From contig JBAXIL010000047.1 of the NCBI GenBank assembly GCA_037138355.1, positions 1-10,209 on the forward strand: a stretch of 10,209 nucleotides of DNA, written 5' to 3'. The position numbers and the translations under genes were made by a program. Below, piece after piece: positions 1 through 7,552 of the stretch (position 1 is its first letter; each line of letters begins with the position of its first letter). The notes below the pieces were generated by a model. That model saw nothing but the letters and a program-made list of their open reading frames with translations, was not told where the DNA came from and made no database searches. This DNA is from a bacterium (GTDB lineage: Bacteria > Oederibacteriota > PGYV01 > Palsa-1178).

Positions 1-2277
1 ACTACTGGAACGCAAACAGGAAATAATCTTTCATGGACTATTGGGGATTTGCTTGTGGACCAGTGCGGCACAGTGAAGTATTGGGTGACCGCAAAAGATC
101 CTGGCTGTATGACAGCAGATTCTTTTATTGATAACACTGCCTTTATACAAGGTCAGGGCGAATCTCCAGTTTCAAGCGGAAGCAGAGTTACCATAACTTG
201 TAATTCAGTGCCTACTGCCACACCAGCACCTGCCTCAATTACCAAAACAGCAAATGCGGCGACATTTAATATCAATGATACAATTACTTATACAATTAAT
301 TATACAAATACTTACGGCTCTGTGATTGATTCTCCATTGTCCGCTGCAGATGCTGGTAACTGGTCAAATAAAGGAACTGGCACTGCTATGACAGTTAATG
401 GCGGAACCATAACAAGTGTAGCTAATAATAATACATGTATGACTTATAATTATTCTCGCGGTACTAATGGTTCCGTAACAGCCAGAGTCAATATCGCAAG
501 CAATACTGTGTTTGGAATAGCAGTTCGGCATTTGGCTGCAACAGGACATGCAAACGGAATTTATGTGACCTTCAAACCAAATCCTCCAAGTCCTGGCGAA
601 GTAAAGTTTTGGAACGGCACAACGCAAGTAGGTACTACACAAAACTTGCCAGCAAGTTTGGGCGGTCTGTTTGATGTGAAGGTCGTATTGCAGGCAGATA
701 CTATGATGGTCTACCTCAAAAAAACATCTGATGCTACTTTTCCTGTTACTCCAACTTTCCCGACAATCACAGGGCTTCCTGTTCGAGAAGGTTTTGCTGG
801 AGTAATTAATGGTACGCCAGCAAATGCAGATAATTGGGGAACTGATAGCTGTTCTATATTTCATTCGGAACTTGACACTTCTATAAATACTTTGATTTAT
901 GATCCGCTTCCTGCTTGCGTGACTTATGTAGGTGGAGATAATTCGGCTGTGCTAAATACTGTTCCAAATCCTGATCAGGTAGAGTGGCCACTAATACCTT
1001 CCTTAACTTATGGTTCAGCAGTTACATATAAATGGTGGGGAACTGTAAACTGTTCTTGTCAGAATATTACCAACACTGCTTATGTGGTACCTACTGGTAT
1101 TGCTTCTACAATCGCAGCTGGTTTAGTAGTCGGTGCTAATTGCGGCGCAACCACACCAACTATTACACCGAGCAATACGAGTACCAAAACAAATACCAGC
1201 ACCTATACCAGTACTTATACCATTACGCAATCAGCGACTTATACTGTTTCAGTTACACAGACATATTCAACAACACCTTCTGCAACTTTTACGGGAACTG
1301 ACACTGCCTCTTCAAACACACCTACAATTACTATAACCTTTTCAGAAACATCTACTGCTACGGTTGTAGTGTTCGACACAAGTACTCCTGTATCTACGGT
1401 AACTCCTATATATTCGGCAACATTTACTATCATAGTGACAGTATTAGGGACAATCACAAATACAGGCACCAGCACAGCCACAGCAACAAATACTCAGACA
1501 AGCACAGTAACAAAAACAATTACAAATACTCCAACAATGACAAACTCAAAAACAAAGACAGTTACCGCGACGAGTACTAATACTCCCACACCACCTCCTG
1601 TTAATTTAGATATAAGTTTAGGAACATCTGGTGATAGTCCTTCAGTTGGCGCGTATATTACTTACACAATTAGAATAGTAAATAATACTCCTTATACTGC
1701 AACTAATATAGCAGTATGGGATACGCTTTCTACTGATATGTTATTTACTTCAAATAATTTTGAGATAGCACCAGTGCAAACTGGAAATTATTTATATTGG
1801 GACATATCAAAAGATTCTTATGGTAATCCTTATGCTTTAGCACCAGGCGGAGAACTCACTATAGAGTTTGTGGTTAGAATAGTAACTATGGATGCTTCCA
1901 GATTACCATTGTCAAATACGGTGATGACTGATTATAATGATCCGTTTTATACAGTATCAGTCGGTAAACATCCACCACTTCAGTCAGAAACATCTTTTTA
2001 CCCTATAGGGAAGCCAGTAGTTTTCCCAAATCCATTTAATCTGGATACAGATAATTTGGTGAAGTTTGACAATGTGATACCTAATTCGTCTATACAGATA
2101 TATACGCTGACAGGAGAAATGGTAAGGTCGATATATTGTTCAACAATTAGGGCAACTTGGAACTGTACAAATACATATAATAATGTAGTGTCGCCAGGTG
2201 TGTATTATTATATGATAAAAAATCAGAAGTCAAAGCAAGTCAATATAGGTAAAATCTTTATAGTGAGAGGCAATTAA
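1..2277 (+). CDS. 5'-truncated large secreted/surface protein: DUF11-type Ig-like repeats, an inserted beta-sandwich (ConA/DUF1080-like) domain, a Thr/Ser-rich stalk and a C-terminal FlgD-Ig/T9SS-like domain
   Basis: Frame 1 is open from base 1 (TTGTQTGNNLSWTIGDLLVDQCG...), so the TTG at 49 is not the true start. DUF11-like motifs: ITKTANAATFNINDTITYTINYTN (238-312) and SVGAYITYTIRIVNNTPYTATNIAVWDTL. T-x-T-x rich region at about 1144-1599. C-terminal GKPVVFPNPF...IQIYTLTGEMVR...WNCTN...VSPGVYYYMIK...GKIFIVR. Stop TAA at 2275-2277. Confidence 0.85.
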   Translation, partial: TTGTQTGNNLSWTIGDLLVDQCGTVKYWVTAKDPGCMTADSFIDNTAFIQGQGESPVSSGSRVTITCNSVPTATPAPASITKTANAATFNINDTITYTINYTNTYGSVIDSPLSAADAGNWSNKGTGTAMTVNGGTITSVANNNTCMTYNYSRGTNGSVTARVNIASNTVFGIAVRHLAATGHANGIYVTFKPNPPSPGEVKFWNGTTQVGTTQNLPASLGGLFDVKVVLQADTMMVYLKKTSDATFPVTPTFPTITGLPVREGFAGVINGTPANADNWGTDSCSIFHSELDTSINTLIYDPLPACVTYVGGDNSAVLNTVPNPDQVEWPLIPSLTYGSAVTYKWWGTVNCSCQNITNTAYVVPTGIASTIAAGLVVGANCGATTPTITPSNTSTKTNTSTYTSTYTITQSATYTVSVTQTYSTTPSATFTGTDTASSNTPTITITFSETSTATVVVFDTSTPVSTVTPIYSATFTIIVTVLGTITNTGTSTATATNTQTSTVTKTITNTPTMTNSKTKTVTATSTNTPTPPPVNLDISLGTSGDSPSVGAYITYTIRIVNNTPYTATNIAVWDTLSTDMLFTSNNFEIAPVQTGNYLYWDISKDSYGNPYALAPGGELTIEFVVRIVTMDASRLPLSNTVMTDYNDPFYTVSVGKHPPLQSETSFYPIGKPVVFPNPFNLDTDNLVKFDNVIPNSSIQIYTLTGEMVRSIYCSTIRATWNCTNTYNNVVSPGVYYYMIKNQKSKQVNIGKIFIVRGN

Positions 2278-2295
2278 AGCCAATATCAAATCTGT

Positions 2296-2355
2296 TTGAC
2301 ATATCAAAAACATGTGCTATTATAATAAAACAAATCCAAAAAAATGTTAAGGAGG
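2296..2355 (+). promoter_or_regulatory. Sigma70-type promoter and RBS for the substrate-binding protein gene
   Basis: TTGACA at 2296-2301. Extended -10 TGcTATTAT at 2315-2323 (16-bp spacer), overlapping a TATAAT at 2321-2326. SD AAGGAGG at 2349-2355 before ATG 2360. Confidence 0.7.
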
Positions 2356-2359
2356 AAAA

Positions 2360-3658
2360 ATGAAAAAAATCACGAAAACGATTTCTATGATTACATTTTT
2401 ATTTGTAATTTCTGCATTTTTTGTCTTAATGGGAAGCGAAAAAGTATTAGGAGCTAAAGTTACCTTGCGTTGTGCTTATTGGGGTGACACAAGTGAGATT
2501 TCGATTATCAAACAGTCAGTGGAGCTATTCAAAAAAGCAAATCCTGGTATAGATGTAAAACTTGAGCGCTTGCCAGCTGGCGACTCCTATACGGAAAAAA
2601 TCTTAACTCAGATTTCTGGCGGTAATCCAGTAGATGTTATGTTTGTAAATGCCGAGCAGTTTTATATTTATGCGAAAAAATTTATTCTTCTTCCTTTAAA
2701 TGATTTTGTGGCTAAAGATAAAATATCTATGGAAAAATATTATCCGAAAATAATTGAAAAGTTTACTGTTGATGGAAACTTTTATGTATTGCCAAGAGAC
2801 ATAGCTCCTGTATGTGTGGTGTTTTATAATAAACAATTATTTAATAAAGCAGGACTTAAGTACCCAACACCTGAGTGGGATTGGAATCAAATGCGTTCGC
2901 TTGCTATGAAAATGACTACCAAGGAAAAAGACGGCACAACAGTTTTTGGTTTTGCTGACGAGTGGGGTATATGGGAACCATTTGTTTTATCTAATGGCGG
3001 TAAATTAGTAGATAACTTAAAAAAACCTACAAAATGTACTCTGGATTCACCAGAAGCCTTAGAGGCATTTCAGTATAGACAAGATTTAATGTTTAAATAC
3101 AAAGTAATGCCTTCTCCGTCTCAGCTATCTGCTATGGGTGGAGTTGGCGCATCTGATTTGTTCATACAAGGCAAAGCCGCTATGTTTATGTCTGGCATTT
3201 GGAAGACCCCATTTTTCCGCGAAACAGTTAAGTTTGATTGGGATGCTACAGTATTTCCTAAAAGTCCAAAAGGCGGTAAAGGATATTTAATAAGTGGTGG
3301 AGGATATTCTATACTTAAGACAACAAAGTATCCACAAGAGGCATGGAAATTATTAACATTCTTAGCAGGAGAAGAAGGACAAAAAGCACTTGCTAAAACA
3401 GGACTTGCACAGCCAGCAATAAAGGCAGTAGCAGAATCAGCTGCTTTTCTTGATGGTAAGCCGCCACTTTCAAAAAAGTTTCTTTTGACAGCAGTGAATT
3501 ACGGATGTTTTGCGCCGGACACAGACAAGTGGCAGGAATCTTTGAGCTCTTACATACAACCAGCACTTGATAAGGTCTGGTCAGGGGCTAAAAAACCGCA
3601 GGAAGTTATACCAGAGGCAGTAAAACAAATAAATATAAAGTTGCTTGGCAAAAAGTAA
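2360..3658 (+). CDS. Sugar ABC transporter substrate-binding protein (extracellular solute-binding family 1 type)
   Basis: 432 aa with an N-terminal Sec signal (MKKITK followed by a hydrophobic stretch). Typical motifs: FKKANPGIDVKL, GNPVDVMF, VVFYNKQLFNKAGLKYP...WDW, LFIQGKAAMFMSGIW, PQEAWKLLTFL. Confidence 0.93.
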   Translation: MKKITKTISMITFLFVISAFFVLMGSEKVLGAKVTLRCAYWGDTSEISIIKQSVELFKKANPGIDVKLERLPAGDSYTEKILTQISGGNPVDVMFVNAEQFYIYAKKFILLPLNDFVAKDKISMEKYYPKIIEKFTVDGNFYVLPRDIAPVCVVFYNKQLFNKAGLKYPTPEWDWNQMRSLAMKMTTKEKDGTTVFGFADEWGIWEPFVLSNGGKLVDNLKKPTKCTLDSPEALEAFQYRQDLMFKYKVMPSPSQLSAMGGVGASDLFIQGKAAMFMSGIWKTPFFRETVKFDWDATVFPKSPKGGKGYLISGGGYSILKTTKYPQEAWKLLTFLAGEEGQKALAKTGLAQPAIKAVAESAAFLDGKPPLSKKFLLTAVNYGCFAPDTDKWQESLSSYIQPALDKVWSGAKKPQEVIPEAVKQINIKLLGKK

Positions 3659-3677
3659 GTAGTTTATAGTATAAATC

Positions 3678-3710
3678 AAGCGGGTGTGCGAAAGCACATC
3701 CGCTTTTTTT
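3678..3710 (+). terminator. Rho-independent terminator
   Basis: Stem AAGCGGGTGTGC, GAAA tetraloop, GCACATCCGCTT (one G-U pair), running into a 7-nt T tract (3704-3710). It begins about 20 nt after the SBP stop and lies between the convergent SBP and tRNA genes. Confidence 0.9.
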
Positions 3711-3758
3711 ATTAGTAGGTTGGTAGGACGGTTTTTGCCATTAAAAACAGGCTAAATA

Positions 3759-3845
3759 TGGTGCGGATAGAGGGACTTGAACCCACAAGGCCTTGCGGCC
3801 ACTAGAACCTGAATCTAGCGCGTCTGCCAATTTCGCCATATCCGC
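3759..3845 (-). tRNA. tRNA-Leu (anticodon CAG), CCA encoded
   Basis: Reverse complement: GCGGATA TG GCGAAATTGGCAGACGC G CTAGA TT-CAG-GT TCTAG TGGCCGCAAGGCCTT GTGGG TTCAAGT CCCTC TATCCGC A CCA. It has a 7-bp acceptor stem, a long variable arm (GGCC-GCAA-GGCC), a TTC loop and discriminator A; length 87 nt. Confidence 0.97.
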
Positions 3846-3856
3846 ACAACAAAAGT

Positions 3857-3885
3857 ATGATATAGAAAATAGTTTGATAAGTCAA
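3857..3885 (-). promoter_or_regulatory. Sigma70-type promoter for tRNA-Leu
   Basis: On the minus strand: TTGACT (3885-3880), a 17-bp spacer, then TATCAT (3862-3857), 11 nt upstream of the mature tRNA 5' end. Confidence 0.7.
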
Positions 3886-3970
3886 TCACAAATCCAAAAG
3901 CGAAGATTCCTTGGTAAAAACAATAAGACATATTATTTGATTTGGGGTTTGTGATTTTTTAAGGACTTTG

Positions 3971-3979
3971 TGATATAAT
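3971..3979 (+). promoter_or_regulatory. Extended -10 promoter of the rib cluster (probable leaderless transcript)
   Basis: TGaTATAAT at 3971-3979 ends 6 nt before ATG 3986. No SD lies between the -10 box and the ATG. Confidence 0.65.
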
Positions 3980-3985
3980 CAGTTC

Positions 3986-5077
3986 ATGAAAAATAATGAT
4001 GAATTATACATGGCTATTGCAATAGAACTCGCGAAAAAAGGGTTAGGACATACGAGTCCAAATCCGCTTGTGGGTTGTGTTATTGTAAAAAATGGAAATG
4101 TCATTTCTACTGGTTGGCATAAAAAAGCAGGACAACCACACGCAGAAGCAGAGGCGCTTGAGAATATTAAATATAAAGCAAAGGGTGCTACTTTATATGT
4201 GAACTTAGAGCCGTGTTGTCACTGGGGCAAGACAGCGCCTTGCACGGAAGCCATAATAAAATACGGAATTAAAAAAGTAGTTATGGCTATGACTGATCCT
4301 AATCCAAAAGTTAATTCAAAAGGTAAAAACATTTTGAAAAAAGCTGGTATTAAGGTAGTGACAGGAGTTCTTGAAAAACAGGCACAACAATTAAATAGAA
4401 TATTTATAAAAAATATTACGCAAAAGAAACCTTATATCATAATGAAGGCAGGAATATCTTTAGATGGTAAAATGGCTCTCTCAAACGGAACTTCGAAGTG
4501 GATTACAGGTCCGCATACGCGTATATACAGTCAGAACTTAAGAAAAGAATGTGATGCGATAGTAGCAGGTATAAACACAATAATAAAAGATAATCCATAT
4601 CTTGATTGCAGGATAGATAAAAATAAAAAAATCAAAAAAGTTATTTTGGATACGTATGGAAAAATTCCTTTAAACGCAAATATCTTTAAATATTCAAGTC
4701 CGCAGGACATATTTATATTTAGTCGCTCTATGAGCGTGGTCAAGATAAAAACACTTTCAAAACGCGGAGTAAATGTTATAATTCAAAAAAGCACAGGCGA
4801 AATAGACTTGAAAAAAGCTGTCTCATATCTCTTTTCTTTAGGCATAGGAAGTATGCTTGTGGAAGGTGGTGGCACATTACACACCGCTTTCTTAAAAGCA
4901 AAACTCTACGATGAAGCGAGACTTTACATAGCCCCTATATTTATAGGAAATGATGGGCTTGCGGTGATAGGAAAGACAGGTTTGAAAAATCTTAATAATG
5001 CTTTGAACTTGAACAATGTGGAAGTTATTAAGTTAGGCAAAGACACTCTAATAAAAGGAGAGTTCAATTATGTTTAG
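3986..5077 (+). CDS. ribD: Bifunctional diaminohydroxyphosphoribosylaminopyrimidine deaminase / 5-amino-6-(5-phosphoribosylamino)uracil reductase
   Basis: TSPNPLVGCVIV; Zn-deaminase motifs HAE and LEPCCHWGKTAPC; reductase motifs SLDGK, SKWITG and LVEGGG; 363 aa. Confidence 0.97.
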   Translation: MKNNDELYMAIAIELAKKGLGHTSPNPLVGCVIVKNGNVISTGWHKKAGQPHAEAEALENIKYKAKGATLYVNLEPCCHWGKTAPCTEAIIKYGIKKVVMAMTDPNPKVNSKGKNILKKAGIKVVTGVLEKQAQQLNRIFIKNITQKKPYIIMKAGISLDGKMALSNGTSKWITGPHTRIYSQNLRKECDAIVAGINTIIKDNPYLDCRIDKNKKIKKVILDTYGKIPLNANIFKYSSPQDIFIFSRSMSVVKIKTLSKRGVNVIIQKSTGEIDLKKAVSYLFSLGIGSMLVEGGGTLHTAFLKAKLYDEARLYIAPIFIGNDGLAVIGKTGLKNLNNALNLNNVEVIKLGKDTLIKGEFNYV

Positions 5078-5669
5078 CGGAATCATATATGATATAGGTC
5101 GTGTAAAGGCAATAAGGCAAGGCAGTGGCGTAAAAGTCCTGACTATAGCACTTAGTAAAGAAATCTTAAAAGCAGAAAAAGGAATGAGTATAGCTATAAA
5201 CGGTGCATGCCTGACAGCTGTTTCATTTAAAGGCATAAAAGAGTTTTCATCAGATGTGACGGAAGAGACCTTAAAAAAGACGGTTCTGAAATCCGTTAAA
5301 CCAGGCGATGAAGTTAATGTAGAGTTCCCGCTTACTTTAGATAAGTTCTTAAGCGGACATCTCGTGCAAGGGCATGTGGATTGTACTGGTAAAGTGGCAG
5401 GCGTAGAAAAGGCAGGGGATAAAATCATTCTTTCTATATCATATCCTGCAGAGTTTGGAAAATACATAATAGAAAAAGGCTCAATAACCGTAAGTGGTAT
5501 AAGCTTGACGGCCTACAATCTTAAAAATAATAGTTTTGATATTTCAATTATTCCTGAAACATGGAAGAATACAATAGTTAAAAATCTTAAAAAAGGTGCT
5601 GAAGTAAACTTAGAGTTTGATATTATAGGAAAGTATGTTGAAAACTTTTTGAGTCAAAAGAAAAAATAA
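5070..5669 (+). CDS. ribE: Riboflavin synthase (alpha chain; called ribC in E. coli nomenclature)
   Basis: N-terminal MFSGII (canonical MFTGI), SIAINGACLT, GHLVQGHVD, KGSITVSGISLT and VNLEFDIIGKYV. Overlaps ribD by 8 nt. Confidence 0.96.
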   Translation: MFSGIIYDIGRVKAIRQGSGVKVLTIALSKEILKAEKGMSIAINGACLTAVSFKGIKEFSSDVTEETLKKTVLKSVKPGDEVNVEFPLTLDKFLSGHLVQGHVDCTGKVAGVEKAGDKIILSISYPAEFGKYIIEKGSITVSGISLTAYNLKNNSFDISIIPETWKNTIVKNLKKGAEVNLEFDIIGKYVENFLSQKKK

Positions 5670-5719
5670 TAAAGTTAATTAAGCAGTAAGGTTTAGTAAA
5701 AAAGAAAGGTAAGGTGTAT

Positions 5720-6208
5720 ATGAGAATAGAACAGCCGTTTAGATCACCTAAAGATGATGATAAAACTCGCATGAGTAAAGGCAAAAAAGTAGGCGAGAAA
5801 AAAGGCGTGCAGGAAGTCAGGCGCGATACTGTCAATAATGCCAACTTTTTAAAAGAATTAGATGGAGCTGTAGAAGAACAGGTGAAAATGTCTTTGGATC
5901 AACTTGTAGAAGAGATAGACCTACAGGCAAAGACCTTAGCCAAGCATAGAACTTTTGAAGAACTTGAAAAGTATAAAAAAATGGTTAAAAACTTTATGAC
6001 ACAAGCAGTTAAAAAAATATATGAAGTAAAAGTTTCTGATTCTTCAAAGCTTATGATAAAAAGAAAAAAAGTATATATAATGGTTCAGCAGGTAGATAAA
6101 GAACTTGAAAAAATAACAATTGAACTGATAAAAAAGCAGGCAGAAAGTCTTGATTTATTGGCAGCCTTAGAAAAGATAAATGGAATGCTCGTGGATATGT
6201 ACTCGTAA
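5720..6208 (+). CDS. yaaR: YaaR/DUF327 family protein
   Basis: About 162 aa, helical and charged, with LDQLVEEIDLQAKTL, ELEKYKKMVKNFM, VQQVDKELEKI and LLAALEKINGMLVDMY resembling the DUF327 pattern. ATG 5720 (MRIEQ) is preferred over the in-frame GTG 5714 on SD spacing (GAAAGGT at 5704-5710). Confidence 0.75.
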   Translation: MRIEQPFRSPKDDDKTRMSKGKKVGEKKGVQEVRRDTVNNANFLKELDGAVEEQVKMSLDQLVEEIDLQAKTLAKHRTFEELEKYKKMVKNFMTQAVKKIYEVKVSDSSKLMIKRKKVYIMVQQVDKELEKITIELIKKQAESLDLLAALEKINGMLVDMYS

Positions 6209-6242
6209 ATAGCGGTTTAACAAAATAAAATAGAGGTGTGTA

Positions 6243-7457
6243 ATGTCAAGAATAAAGCTTGCAACAGTAGAAGAAGGAATAAAGGAATTACAAAAAGGAA
6301 AAATGATAATTGTAGTAGATGATGAGGATCGTGAGAACGAAGGCGATATAATATGCTTGGCGGAAAAAATCACACCTGCTCAGATTACATTTATGGCAAA
6401 ACAAGCCAGTGGACTTGTATGTCTTGCTATGGGAAAAGAGCAGATAGATAAGCTGAAATTAGACCAAATGGTGACGCGTAATAAAGAGTCCATGCGTACT
6501 GCTTTTACTGTATCTATTGATGCAAGTGAAGGTATCACCACAGGTATATCAGCAGCAGATAGAGCACTTACTATTAAAAAAGCAGCTTCAAGAAACGCTT
6601 GTCCTGATGATTTTGTAAGGCCGGGACACATATTTCCTTTGGAAGCAAAAGCCGGAGGAGTGTTAGAGCGCACAGGGCATACAGAAGCAGCTGTTGATTT
6701 GGCTGGCTTTGCGAAAGCAAAAGTAAAAGCTGGCGTTATCTGTGAGATTCTCAATGACGATGGTACTATGGCGAGATTACCACAACTGGTTCCTTTTGCC
6801 AAGAAACACGGTATGGTTATAATCAGTGTGGAAGATGTAATAAAGTACAGAAGAAAAAGAGAAGTATTGATAGAAAGACTTGTAGAAACACATTTGCCAA
6901 CTGTCTATGGGGATTTCAAAATAATGATTTATACAGATAAGCAAGGTAATGATTTGCATGTGGCTTTAATCAAAGGCAATATAAAAGCACATGATAATGT
7001 TTTAGTCAGAGTTCATTCAGAATGTTTGACTGGGGATATTTTGGGTTCTTTAAAATGCGATTGCGGCGATCAACTTCACGCGGCACTTACAGGAATAAAA
7101 CATGCGAAAAAAGGAATACTGCTTTATATGCGTCAGGAAGGTAGAGGAATTGGTTTGGTAAATAAAATAAAGGCATACAAACTGCAAAATGAGTTAGGGT
7201 TAGATACTGTAGAAGCTAATAAGGCGCTGGGGTTACCTGCGGATATGAGGGATTATGGAATCGGCGCACAGATATTGTATGATATTGGGGTGAGGAAGAT
7301 GAAGCTAATGACAAACAATCCAAAAAAATTAATTGGGTTAAGAGGATATGGACTTGAGATAACAGGTCGAGTGCCTATTGAAATAAAGGCGAATAAGACA
7401 AATAGGAGATATTTAAAGACAAAGATGGAAAAGATGGGACATCTGTTGCATATGTAG
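6243..7457 (+). CDS. ribBA: Bifunctional 3,4-dihydroxy-2-butanone-4-phosphate synthase / GTP cyclohydrolase II
   Basis: VVDDEDRENEGD, TAFTVSIDA, RPGHIFPL, GHTEAAVDL; RVHSECLTGD...CDCGDQL, QEGRGIGL, LMTNNPKK. SD GAGGTG at 6233-6238. Confidence 0.98.
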   Translation: MSRIKLATVEEGIKELQKGKMIIVVDDEDRENEGDIICLAEKITPAQITFMAKQASGLVCLAMGKEQIDKLKLDQMVTRNKESMRTAFTVSIDASEGITTGISAADRALTIKKAASRNACPDDFVRPGHIFPLEAKAGGVLERTGHTEAAVDLAGFAKAKVKAGVICEILNDDGTMARLPQLVPFAKKHGMVIISVEDVIKYRRKREVLIERLVETHLPTVYGDFKIMIYTDKQGNDLHVALIKGNIKAHDNVLVRVHSECLTGDILGSLKCDCGDQLHAALTGIKHAKKGILLYMRQEGRGIGLVNKIKAYKLQNELGLDTVEANKALGLPADMRDYGIGAQILYDIGVRKMKLMTNNPKKLIGLRGYGLEITGRVPIEIKANKTNRRYLKTKMEKMGHLLHM

Positions 7458-7552
7458 GGGCGGTTTTAGGTGTAAGTTTTTAAGGAGTTGTGATAAATAA
7501 AAAAAATGAATTATGATTAATAGTATTTGATTCAACAATCAGGAGGTGAAAT

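Noticed and set aside
364..1481. ORFs 364-864 (-), 1133-1336 (+) and 1239-1481 (-)
   Set aside because: They are shadows of the large surface-protein gene. The Val-rich antisense ORF simply mirrors Thr codons.
1144..1599. Possible tandem repeat or CRISPR-like array in the ACA/ACT-rich stretch
   Set aside because: There is no fixed repeat unit or spacer structure. The pattern is explained by Thr-rich coding.
3759..3845. tRNA-Leu as an integration site, and a U-U mismatch in its T-stem
   Set aside because: I saw no duplicated tRNA 3' end or integrase in the window. A single T-stem mismatch is tolerated in functional tRNAs.
2330..3899. Shared 12-mer ACAAATCCAAAA at 2330-2341 and 3888-3899
   Set aside because: It is a low-complexity A-rich word at non-equivalent promoter positions and is plausible by chance.
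4531..6959. Antisense ORFs 4531-4743, 5048-5467, 5623-5844, 6167-6373, 6380-6802 and 6777-6959
   Set aside because: They overlap well-supported rib/yaaR genes on the opposite strand and have no recognisable motifs.
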